64,000 nucleotides of DNA. Source: Anthoceros angustus (lineage: Eukaryota; Plantae; Anthocerotophyta). Location of the stretch: the NCBI GenBank assembly GCA_010909165.1, contig VJWM01000238.1, positions 186,001 to 250,000 on the forward strand, read 5' to 3'. Under the pieces are notes generated by a model. It was not told the origin of the DNA. It ran no database searches and saw only the letters and a program-made list of their open reading frames with translations. Position 1 is the first letter of the stretch. Each line of letters opens with the position of its first letter. Shown here one piece after another: positions 48,301-59,920 of the stretch. A program made the position numbers and the translations under genes.

Positions 48301-51300
48301 GGTGGTACCGCGTTGTCGAGCCGCCGCCGGTGGCGCAGCAGACCCTCGGGAAGAGGAAGGGTCCCCGCGGATCATCCGATTGGGTGCTTGCGCCGGCGGG
48401 GCTCGGCTTTGGGCCGCCGGTGCCAAGAAGGAATGAGGGGCCAGCCCACCGTGGCGGCGATAGGTGGAATAAGCGGTAGTAGGCGGTGGTTAGGGGTACC
48501 TGGTGGCCCTCGGCTCGAATAGAGGTGTAATAAAGGCGCCGACCTTGTAGTATAAGAGGGCTAAGGCCTACAGATAAATCATCTTTCTCTTGGTGTTGAT
48601 CGCGTTCTTGCGAGACCTTGTGTGTCTTCTTGCTAACGTGAGTCCCGAGTCACCGAGCACGGCGGCTCGGGAGATTGATCGGGGTCACTGGTAGCGGACC
48701 TAGCGTGTTGTGGTGTGTGGGGAAGGTGGCGGTGACCCGTGCTCGTCGGCCCGACCCGGCTGCCGAGCAATTTGGGCGTGTGGCCGGAGGAACTCGGGAG
48801 GCGTGGAGCCGGACGGAGGCCGGACCTAGAGGTCCGGACCCGGAGGAGGACGTTGTGTAACCAGCGTCTTTTCTAAGGCGGTGTAAGCGTGAGGGGAGAG
48901 AGAAGGGATGTGGTGGCGGATGTGAGCGATACGGTGCAGGTCCTAAGCGTTTAGCCATCAGGCTGTCTGAAACGTTGTGAGTAGTTAGGAGTATGTGTGT
49001 TGAGATCGAGCCGGCGCTAAGTGCGGTAGGAATCACACAGGCAGCAGTAAGGGCTATCATTCCTTTGGGAACGGACTTCTTCCCTACAACGACACGGATT
49101 GTGCCGGGCCATGTTGATCGGCCACAAGCTGGCACCTCTCGCGCAGTGCACCCCCTCACGGAGTGGCAAGCGGAGGAAGCGATGGGAGGCGGAGAGGGCC
49201 CTTGAGGAGGCGAGGAGGACACCCAGTAGCGGCCCACTTGGGCCGGTCATCGACCGGCGGAAGGGGCAAAAGGGCTTGCTCCAGACTCCTCACCTCAGGC
49301 CCAGGAGAAAAGAGGGCGGAGAAGGAGCTCGCGGCCAAAGAGGCCAGGAGGTGGCTCGGGAGCTCGGCCTCGGGGACCTAAGGGTCTGATTAGGTCCGGA
49401 CCACGAGGTCGGACTTACTCGGACAGTATGGAGGTCCTTGGCGGACCGTGAAATCTCCGCTCACCGGACTTTGTGGGAGCCTCACAGTGGCCGTGGAAGA
49501 AACACGGGTCACAGCTACCGTCATGGACGGTATGCTTTGGGGTCTCTGGATGGCCGAGAAGACCCGGAGGTAGAAGCCACCGGGCGCATGGTACTCCTCC
49601 GTGAGCAGCTGGAGGGGCCCAGAGGCAGAAGGAAGGCCAAGCTCGGCCGATTGAGGAAGGGAACGCCGGAGGCCGAGAGGGAGGTCCGTCCATCCGCAAG
49701 GACCGGACTAAATTCCTTCAGTGGAGGCGGTGAGCGAGCTAAGGAGGCCCAGGTGAGGACCTCTGTGACGGAGGCGGCGAGGCGGAGGAGGCCGGGCGCA
49801 AGCGGCAGGCGGAGGAGGCGGAGGCGGCCCAGTGGACGAGCCAATGGAGGCTCGGTGAAGGTGGCCAGGAGGCGGAAGCCACGGCGGCCGATCGCGATCA
49901 CTATCTCGGCGTGGTCGGGTGGAGGAGGCGGTGAGAGCCACGGCCAATCGAAGGCCGGCGGTGGCGTGAGCAGGCGGAGGAGGCGGAGGAGGCCGGCCAG
50001 GAAATCGGGGACCTCGAGGGTGCAGGGAGGTAGAAGGAGGCGGAGCCACGGCGGCCGATCGCGATCACTATCGGCGTGATCGGAACCCTGGAGGAGGCCG
50101 AGAGCCACGGCCAATCAAGGCCGAGCAGTGCAGAGCAAGCACGACGAGCCGCAAACACCGGAGGCCGAGAAGACCCGGAAATCGGGGACCCTGTGCGCAC
50201 TGGCAGGAGGTAGAAGGGAGGCGGAGGAGTTGGAGGACAAGAAGGACACCTTGGAGTTACAACTCCAAGGCAGCGTCGGAGCGACAAGGGTTCTCAATGA
50301 GAGAATCCAGGACTTGACGGGAGATGGCGCCTCCGGCACGAAGATGGAGGCGGGGAGGTGGCGGAGCAGCCGGACCCCGGGGCCAGAAGTTCGCGACAAG
50401 GAGATGGAGGATCTCGGACTCTCCGGGAGGTGGAGGCGGCGGAGATGGAGGACCGCAAGGAGACTTTGGGCTGACAAACTATCATTGAGAGGAATGGTAG
50501 TCTGCGGGACATGGTCGGAGCGGAAAAAATGCTCTCGGCTCTGTTGGCGGACAGTCGATGCGATGGAGCAGGGGAGGCGGGGCGTCGCCGAGATGGAGAA
50601 GGGGCACAGGCGAAGCCGCGATCCCAGATGTTGCGGCCGTGGGCGGAGATGGCGGAGTTAACGGCGGAATGGACAAAGCGGGCGGGCAGACAAGAACTGG
50701 TCGGTGAGGAAGTCGGAAGGGGAGCTGGGCGGGCAAGGTGGCGTGAGCAGGCGGAGGAGTTGGGCGGGTGGAGCAGCGGTTGCGGGAGGTGGCCGGCCTG
50801 GCGACCTCGCGAGCGGCCGGCTCCGGCTATCAAACTGGCGGGGAGGTGGAGCAACAAGCGCGCAGGCTCGGCTCCGGAGCACCTATGGCGAAGGGAGTAT
50901 CGGGTGCTCGGGCGCGTGGAAGAGCAATCCGGCAAGTGGATTCGGACTTTGCCTATTACCACGGCTCCGAGCTCGGTAGAGGCCTCTGCGCCAGCTGCAA
51001 TAAAATACGGACCCTGGAAGGCTCGGAGGGGAAGAAGGGGGCAGGGCGGCCAGGGGACCCTAGGGGCCCTGTTTGGGGGACGCAGCGGAGAGAAGAGCCC
51101 CAAGAGGAGGCGGGGCGGACCCCAGTAAGTTCACCACCACTCGGAGAAGGGGGTGGCCAGGCTGAAAGGGGGTCGAAGGAGGAGCCAACTGAACCAAGAC
51201 AAGGGTCGGGGGTGAGGAGGAGGACCTAGCGATCAGGTCCACGGGAGTCGGGAGCTTGGGGACCCGGACCCGTAAGTCGGACCACGAGGTCCCAGGCAGG

Positions 51301-52299
51301 ACCCGGCCGGCGGACTCGAAATAAGCGGACCCACAGGTTGGACTCGGAGTCGAGACCGGACCTCGAGGTCGGGACTCGTGATGGAGGAGCCCCGACTTCT
51401 AGGAGGCGGATGGCGGTGGCCCCAGGAGGACCCATGGGGAGGCGGAGGAGGATGGCGTCGTGGTAGCGGTCGTCGCCGCCCATTGTGGCGGGATTCGGGA
51501 GAGGAGGTCCGCCTCGCGGATCATCCGATTAGGGTCTTGCCCATGGAGCGGGACGGAGATTGGACCACCAATCCCAAGGCGGAACTCGGGACCTTCCAGC
51601 CACAGAAGGAGATAGGGGAGGAATAGGATGGTAGGCGGCCGATTAGGGCATCTTGGTGGACCATTTCGAGAATAGGGGTGTAATAAAGGCGCGACACAGG
51701 CGTAGTATAAGAGGGTCACGCCTCAATAAATCATCTTTCTCTTGGTGTTGATGCCGCGTTCTTGCAGGACCTTGTGTGTCTTCTTGCTAACGTGAGTCTG
51801 AGTCCGGCGAGCCACGGCGCTCGGAGGATTGATCGGGGTCTGGTAGCCGGACCTAACGTGTTGTGGTGTGTGCGGGGAAGGTGGCCCGGGGGACCGTGCT
51901 CGTCGCAGCCCGGCCGAGCGGGCCGAGCGTGTGGCCGGAGGGACTCGGGAGGCGTCTGAGCCGGACGGAGGCAGTGGAGCAGCGGAGGAGGTCGGGCTGT
52001 GTAACCAGCGTCTTTCCTTAAGGCGGATAAGTGTGGTGTGAGTGGAGAGGAGCGGACGAGAGGTGTGAGGCAGGCGTGAGCAAGCAGGTGTGACAGGTCC
52101 TTAAGCGTTTGGCCATACCGGCTGTGCGGTGTTGTCGAGTAGTTAGATGTGAACTAAAGTGTGTGCGTTGGGTGAGCAGACGCAAAGTAAGGCACGAATA
52201 GCACGCAAGCGGAACTGTCATTCCCTTAGGAGCGAACTCCTTCCTACAGCGACACGGGATTATGTGGCCGGTACGGCCATCGGTAAAAATCGCGCCACA
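42328..52299 (+). repeat. 3' LTR, inflated to ~10 kb by repeated internal segments (two TATA/U5 regions, at ~48551 and ~51706)
   Basis: Starts tgtggactacggacttcc and ends aaaatcgcgccaca. Marker ggggcaaaaggcgtgctcc recurs at ~43920, ~44710, ~46320 and (degenerate) ~49262. Confidence 0.8.
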
Positions 52300-53599
52300 C
52301 AGTACGATTATTGTTACAAGAAATGTATGTGTAAGCGGTGTGCGCATATGCAAAGCAAGTGTGCGGCAAATAGAATGCAAGTCAGGTCGAGTGACAAACA
52401 CGCTTTAGCGGCAGGAGACATGGGTCAACTTTGGGAAGGCAATGCTTTCCAACTTTTCAATTCAACAACCCGCTATACACACCCTTTGTGGAAGTGCTAC
52501 AAAACTCCACAGACCGGATCCTACCCACTGATTCGGCACTTGTATGCACTTGTTGTCGTGCGTCATGGCATGTTTCATGTGCCCCCTGTGAAATAAACAC
52601 CTAGATAAATCGGCATCACTTGCACAGCGTCTTACGGCAAACGGCTAGTGCAGGCTTGCAATGCATCGGCGACGCCAGTTTGGAATGCTTCGTCTTCAAA
52701 TGGAGGTTGCAGCCTTCTCCGCCACATTGTCTCCGTGTGTTGGGTGATGTTGGGAGCTCCATCTTCTCGGTCTGTGGAAACCTCTTCTCGATCTGTGCAA
52801 ACATCTTCGCACATATGAGGAGAACTCGGGACGTTGTTGTGACGAGAGCCTTCTGATGGATGCAAAGGAAAGAATTGATCGCCGACTATATCTGGTGTTG
52901 GCAAATGCCAGTCTATCAATGCCTCGTACCACGGGCATTGGCGTGTGTAATCGACCATCTCCTCAAGCAAGCGGTGATGCCATCAATGTTAGCTCTTCAT
53001 CGACAATATAACAAGGTTAAATACATTGCTGGTTGGCATCGACACAGGCGGTGGGTGTCGTGGTATGTGAGAGGAGGGTGGCGTTCTTGGCGGCCCAGTG
53101 CAGGCATTTGAAGTCGCTATTGTGAACATCCACATTTTGTGTGTAGCGGATAGATGCCGCCCATGAGAATCTGACGTGGAGAAGGCGGTCGTTGTTGGCG
53201 TCCCATCCTTCTCATCAGCGAGCACGATACCGGCATGTCGGAGAAAGTGGCGGTGCCCTCAATGCGACTTTCTATGCGACCGGCCCGATTAACATTCTTG
53301 AGGGGTGGGGTATTTTGAGTTTGAACCATCGGTTGCAATGCAGCGTATCTGAATCCGGACTTGACGGCGCATGCTATGTCCATGCCATGTTGCGGAACAT
53401 CAACACCCATCCACACTTTCACGGCAACATTGTGAGGAAACTATCCGTTGGTATCGTGAAGCGGTGAGTGCCGTGGAATATGCAAGCATGTTCTCCCTAC
53501 TTGATTCGTGACTTGTTTAAGGTTATGCATCTCATTTATTTTTCGGGCTTTCAATGCGTAGCGTAGGAATTTGCGGTCGTCCTCGCCCATTCACGAGGA

Positions 53600-56441
53600 T
53601 GAGGCGCGGCGTGGGCATCGCCCTCTATAAGGTGCGGTTTGAATCCATCGATGAGCAACACATGTCTCCTCCACTCGGCGACATCAATACGCCACGCAAC
53701 GGATGTATTAATTTATGCCCACCCACCGCATTGAGCGGTGAGCGAAGCTTCGATGTCGGGCGGGCACATGGTGTGGATGATGTGGACATCGATGACACAT
53801 GGCGGTTGGGATCCCCAACAAGTGCCAGTGATGACCTGACAGCGGTGCAGCGGAAACACCATTGTTCACAAGTTGCGAACATTGCGGTACCACGAAACTT
53901 CTCTGCTGCGACATACACTCCTATCAATCCAATCCAAGTTCGGTATATCGATGTTGCCATAGCGGCTATATTGGAGGCTCTTGGTACTTGCGCCATCGGA
54001 AACTCGCCACGGTCCATGGCGGAGGCAAAGAAAACCCTATATATGTTTGGGCCCAAGGTCGAAAAGATTCACGCTTTGTGTTAATGTTGCTTTTCCGTGG
54101 ACCATATGCTTAAAGAAATTTGCGAAATGTGCATCGGCGGATATGTATGCAGCAGGTCTACCAAATGGTACTAGGAGAGTACCCGAAAAGTCCTCTGGCA
54201 TTTTCCCTCAAGTCTAGGGTGACTCGTATGTTTTGCACGAGGCAGTGCGCTCATGACCGTGCGTGACAATGCGGAGCGTGGATGGTTCCATGGGCATCAT
54301 GGCGATACACACATGGGCATTACGGATGGGTTGGACGGTTTTGGCTTGGAACCATGAAATATTCGTTTGCTCTTACGAGATGGGTTTAATCCTTTTGGGC
54401 ATAAGTCTACATCCCATTCCATTTGGCTGTGTTGCTGGTTGTGCACAACCTACCACCATGGTTGAGTCTGAATCTCAATATCATAATGCCAATTATAGTA
54501 CCAGGGCCCCACATTGTCCCGAATTTCGATGTCTACATGGAGCCACTATTGGAGGAGTTGAGGGACCTGTGGACTGGGATACCTATGGAAGACTTCTCAC
54601 AACCGGAAGGCAGCCCGCAGTGGAAATTCCGCTTGCGTGCAGCTATTTTGCACACGATAGCTGATTACCCGGGCTTAGGAACATTGTCGGGGTTTCAGGT
54701 GAAAGGGTCGCGGGCATGTATGGAATGTTGGGATGCATTAGGATCCAGGGCGAAGAACCTTCAAAGGAGGTATATCGGGGGTCGCCGATGGCTGCCCCAA
54801 CCACCCCATCGTCGCCTTCATTCGCATATGTACAATGGCGAAGTGGAAAGGCGCTCACGGCCACAGCACCAACTTATGCCACGGTCATCTCCAGGCATGG
54901 AACATAGGGAGAAAGCAACATCGAGGAGTTGAGGAGGCGAGGTTGTTCGGCACCCGTCGCTTGTCTGTATTTACCATATTGGAGGGATATGCGAAGTGGG
55001 CACGGAAGGATGTGATGCACGTTGAAAGAAACAATGCGGAGACTATCGGCACACTCTAACGGAGAAAAGGATGACTTGAAATCCCGGTTGGACATGGAAG
55101 AATACGGTGGGAAGCACGACTTGTGGCCTCGTGGAGCCAATAGGGACCAATATACTCCGGTATATGTGTTATCGTCTCGGACTTGGAGAAGGTTATGAAG
55201 GAAATGCAAGCAATCAAACTACCCACGGATATGCTTCTAACATCGCAAATAAGCTAGCTTGGGCAAAGTGGGAGTTTAAAAGCACACGATTGGCATGTAC
55301 TAATGGAAATATACTTCCCAATTGTTTTAAGGGAAGAATTAAACCAGATGTGTGCGGTGAGGTTGAGCAAACTTTATCGGTGGATATGCCGGAGAATCGG
55401 GCATGAGGTGGGAAGAATGCGAGTGCATCAAAGTCATGTGACTTGGAGAGGAATTCCCACCTAAATTGTTTGATATTTCCACCCACCTCATTATTCATCT
55501 TGTGGATGAGGTCGCACTTCTTGGCCTATTCATGTCGGATGGATGTATCCGGTTGAAAGATATCTAGGAAGGAGGAAGGAAGACATCCAAACAACGAAAA
55601 GGAGGAAGCATGGCGGAGGGTATGTTCGAGAGGAGGCATCATGTTTGCAAAGGCTTACCTTGGCGACATCCATAACAGCCCATATTACGGTGAGAAAGAT
55701 GAGCACGACATGACGGTGAACCGTTAGGAATGGGCAAGCCATACAAGTTCACCACGCCGAGCTCCACCAGTCCACAATTTTGTGTTGAGACACACGATGG
55801 TTCTTGACCCCTTCTCTGACTTTACGAAGAGGTCATGGATGTTGATGGTGATGAAGGCAGGCAATCTTTCCGCGTGGGTTCATCTTGGCGAGGATTACGG
55901 AAGGTGGGAGTCATCATGCTTGGCTGCGATGTTGCGGCCATAATGGATGGGCCTTCTATTTGGCGACTACTTATAGGCACATGTGGAGCAATGGTAGCCA
56001 CCTACACCTTTTGCAGACAACCGTCGCGCCACTCGGGACAGCGGAGTTTGTACAAAGTATGTAATGGGAGATGATGTACAGCGGACATACTATGGCAATG
56101 TAGCGGAAATAATTCGAGTGCAGTTTGCAGGCGGATTCGAGCCATTGGTCCTGAAGGTCAAGTGGTTTGAGTGTAATCCAAATGGGAGATCCCAATCCAT
56201 TCGCGGAACTTATGGTGGATTTGATCTGGTGTTCACCGGAAGGCACTGCACGTATGTTGCAGATGGGGTTGACACCCCTTTCATATGGCCACATCAAGTT
56301 ACCCAATGCATATTCCATGCTGATGCACAGGCGGAGAATAGAGGCTGGGCTTTAGCGGTCTTGCCTTCTGGCGTGGGTGGAGAGGCGAGTCGACGAATAA
56401 TGACTCGGGGCTTCATAGAATTTTCTTCTTATGCGACTTGA
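53600..56441 (+). pseudogene. En/Spm (CACTA) TnpD-like transposase, frameshifted
   Basis: NSPRSMAEAKKTLYMFGPKVEKIHA(C)..LLFRGPYA; Transposase_21-like IIVPGP...NFDVYMEPLLEELRDLW..G...FRLRAAILHTIADYPGLGTLSG..VKG..AC..C; DUF4218-like FPP.LFDI.THL.IHLVDEV..LG..WMYP.ER at ~55455-55560; DUF4216-like YYGNV.EII.V.F.....V.KVKWF..PFIWPHQVTQC at 56064-56441. Confidence 0.92.
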
Positions 56442-57254
56442 GTTGGAACACGTATGAACATGAACATGGGTTTCCATATACAAAAAGGCAAAAAAAAACC
56501 ACTAATGGCGGTAATGTTATGGCGCGACATTGGGACACAGTTATCACCTGCACACTCGCTCACGTGTTATCGCCATAGCGTCTACGGACCCGGCGAGTAT
56601 AGGACCCACCATGCCTGTCGCTCTTCTCCAAACCATTCCGCGATGGGGAGATCCGGCACCAAGTCCATCCACTGTGTAATATCTAGCAAACAGCGACCCA
56701 CCTCCAGTACACGCCTCCGAGCATCCAAAACCTCGGCTTCAGTCTGCAAAGTTGCAAGCCAGCGTCGCGCGTCTTCATCGCGGAAGTTGGGGTGCCGTGG
56801 TGGCAGCTGGCGGAGTGCCCACGTTTGGCGTATGGTTCCCTCCACCTCGGCAAGAAATTGGTGTATCCGTTGCTTCCATCCACTGCCCGCCATGCCATTA
56901 CACCGCACACCTACAAAGCCGCCCAAACCATAAGATCGAAGAAACGGCATCGCAGCGGCGCAAAGACAATATGGCCGACAATTGAAGCGCGAAATCAAGG
57001 CAAGATCGACCGGCCCAATCTTCAATGCGAAACCAAAGGCAAAGGGTGGGAGGAGGCGGAAATGGAAGCCTTATATCCGAGAAAGGCTGCAATTATGAGT
57101 GCGCATAGCGAGGATGGACTCATTGGCTGCTACCGGACAAGTGTGAAGCGTGCATGGAAATATTCGCTGCCCCTCGCGTGGCATCTGTCTGTGAGGCGGC
57201 TTTCCATTTTAATGTTCAGTCATACAATGCTATATACCATGTTTGAGGAAAGGC

Positions 57255-57480
57255 GTGTCCTTGGAACATGGTCTTTTCCCAACAAGATACCATGTCATGA
57301 ACCATGATATTTCCGCTCATACCATGCTCCTTGGAACATGGGGATGTCATGATACTCGGATACATAGGCGGAAATTATGCATTTGTGTATGTACCTTGTT
57401 CCTTGGACCATGGTATTTCCACAAACCATGTCGTGGGGATATGGTGATGGCATGAGAGAAAGTTCCTTGGTTCATGGGTT
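57255..57480. repeat. Degenerate repeats of ccttgg(a/t)(a/c)catgg
   Basis: Motif at ~57259, ~57329, ~57401 and ~57466, about 70 bp apart. Confidence 0.6.
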
Positions 57481-59019
57481 CGCTGCCTATATATGTCATG
57501 CTATATATATGGCTGGTAAATAGGCGATGAATGACATATTGAATGTGAGGGTACCCGTGCACTTGAGTCATCATGATGCTTGGCGCACGCGTTCTTCAAA
57601 GTTAGCCGGAGCCGGGCGCGAAAGGAATGTGACACCACGCATGGTGGCGATGCAATTCCGTTTATAGCGTGGCAAGCGGTGTCGTTCGATGCCATGCTTG
57701 GATCACGGGTATGTCCCTAACGCACTGCTCCGAGATTTTCCTCGGCATGAGCCTCAGTCATCACCGCATTTGTGCAAGACGCCTGCCTCTCAAACCTTAC
57801 ATGGCTCCCCGGGAGCAGACGAAACGACCCTCAAGCGGATTGCGCAATGACCCAGAGCGCGGAACAAAGGCCCTCCATGAAGGTTAATGAGTGGTGAAAG
57901 TAGGGCGATGTGCCGCCGGGGTGAAGGACCGTCGTGATCGCAGAATGTTTGGTCAAATCAGCAGTTGGGGCATGAAGGCTTGGAACCACCTCCTTGCGCT
58001 GTGTGGAGGAGGCCCAATGTCTGTTGAGGTCTTGGAGTTACTCCGAGGGCCATATGCGGATGGAAATAACCGAAGACTGGGGATTCAGGGGTGAAATGCC
58101 CTACTAGAAAGAGCGGGTCATGTTACACTTTATGTTAAGATTTGGACCCCTTTGTTGCAATTATGTTAAAATCTTGGGGTCTTGTTACACTTTTGGGACC
58201 CCTTATTTATTAGGTTTGGAAACCAACCCTCCACCTTGTTATAGTCATGTTACAGTCTTGTTGCAATTATGTTGCAATGTAGTGAGAGGTGGTTTGTGTC
58301 CCCTCTTAAAATTTCAAATTAATTGCAACAACCAAAGTGTTACATCGTCTCTTGTTACAATTTTGCAGGCTTGGTACCGAACCTCCTCCCCATCTACCTT
58401 CCTCTTTTTACTACTATTACCCTATAGAATACCTAGTTTTACTTAGTAGTTCCCACCGATACTTGTATGAATATACATATATATAAATACATGTATGAAT
58501 ATATTATTTGTAAAATACACGTATTGTTCATGGTAACATATACTATATGGTAATTTCACATGATATATGGTCATATTCTATTTTATATAAAATAAGCATA
58601 TCGTCCACCGGATAACGTACATACTTTGTACATCCACGATCGTTTACTTTTGTCCTTGAGCACTCGGTGCCTTTTGTGCCTCTGAGTTTGTGCTACTGGA
58701 CCCATGTTTGCTATGTGCGGTGGGTTGTTTGGCTCAAGTCCTCCTCCTTCTCTCTCCCCTAGACAAGCGCCTCATGTCCCTTAGCCTTTTGCCTGCCTCG
58801 ACCATGGCTGCTGGTTGCTCCACTCCTATCCTCCTCTACCACCCGCCTCTTCCACTCCCTTGCGTTGTTTTCCATCCACACTCAACACATACATTACTTC
58901 TTTGGTGACGATCACTCGCCTTCTTTGTGCTACACCGGATCAGCCCTCTAAACACATCCCTCCTGTTCACGGCCTTGTCACTCCCTATTCACCCAAGACC
59001 GCCCTACTAGCATCGCCTT

Positions 59020-59560
59020 CTCTAATGTCACATCACACGGTGTGGTCACGCATCAAATAAAATTTTGAGGTAGAAATCACATGGAATGGGTCTTGGCCTC
59101 ACCTTATGACTATACATGTACATGAAACCCTCCATTCTTCCGCCTTCCCTAACTTCACATCATAGTGCAGTTACGCATCGGTGAAAATTTGAGATAAGAA
59201 ATAACATGGAATGGGTCTTGGCGACCTTGCAACTACTTGCGATTGTACATGTACAGACACCGCCATGCTACTATCGCCTTCTCTAACATCAAATCACACT
59301 AGCTAGTTACGCAGAAAATTTGAGAGAAATCAGTATTGGAGCAGTCTTGGCGACCTTGCAGTACTCTGCAAGTACAAGATCGCTACGTGATCCATACCGC
59401 CATCCCTTCACCATCAAATCACACTAGCTAGTTCATGCTTAAAATCACGGATACGATCGCGTACATCCCTTCACCATGGATGTCATGGTTCATCACTGAA
59501 AATTGAGACTAGAAATCACACATGGAGCAGTCTACTTGAAATCACGGCATGGAATGGGCC
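59020..59560. repeat. Degenerate ~120-130-bp tandem repeats inside the CCCTA element
   Basis: Recurring atcacac...aaaatt(t)gaga(t/c)agaaat(c/a)acatggaatggg(t)ctt blocks at ~59030, ~59155, ~59290, ~59415 and ~59495. Confidence 0.7.
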
Positions 59561-59920
59561 TCTTCCTTTCCCTCTCCCCTCCTCCTCCTTCCCATCTACC
59601 CTCCTCCTCCTCCTCCCCCCCTCCTCCTTCCCTCTCCCCTCCTCTTGCTCCTCCTCTTTCCTCCTCCTCCTCCTCCCTAATCTCCCTCCTCCTTTCCTCC
59701 TCCTCCTCCTCCTCCTCCTCCTCTACCTTAGATCCCTCTCCCCTTTCCTCATTGCCTCTCCCCTTCCTCCTCTCCTCCCCTCGCCTCCTACTCCTCCTCC
59801 TCCTCTACCTCAGATCCCTCTCCCCCCTTTCCTCCTTGCCTCTCCTCCTCTCTCCTCCTCTTCCTCCCCTCCTCTCCCCTTCGCTCCTCTCCCCTCCTTC
59901 TCCTTGCCTCCCACCAGAGT
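59560..59920 (+). repeat. Polypyrimidine (CCT/CT)n tract
   Basis: About 360 nt composed almost entirely of C and T on the plus strand. Confidence 0.95.

Larger units (their letters stand above)
28468..52299 (+). mobile_element. Ty3/gypsy LTR retrotransposon, non-chromovirus Athila-like, with internal duplications and many frameshifts
   Basis: TG...CA termini, flanks cggta / cagta (5-bp TSD, 1 mismatch), PBS, gag-PR-RT-RH-INT order, and PPT immediately before the second tgtggactacgg. Confidence 0.9.

Noticed and set aside
28700-51700. Dozens of overlapping R/G/P-rich ORFs on both strands
   Set aside because: Off-frame or antisense products of the frameshifted LTR ORF, gag and pol in GC-rich sequence.
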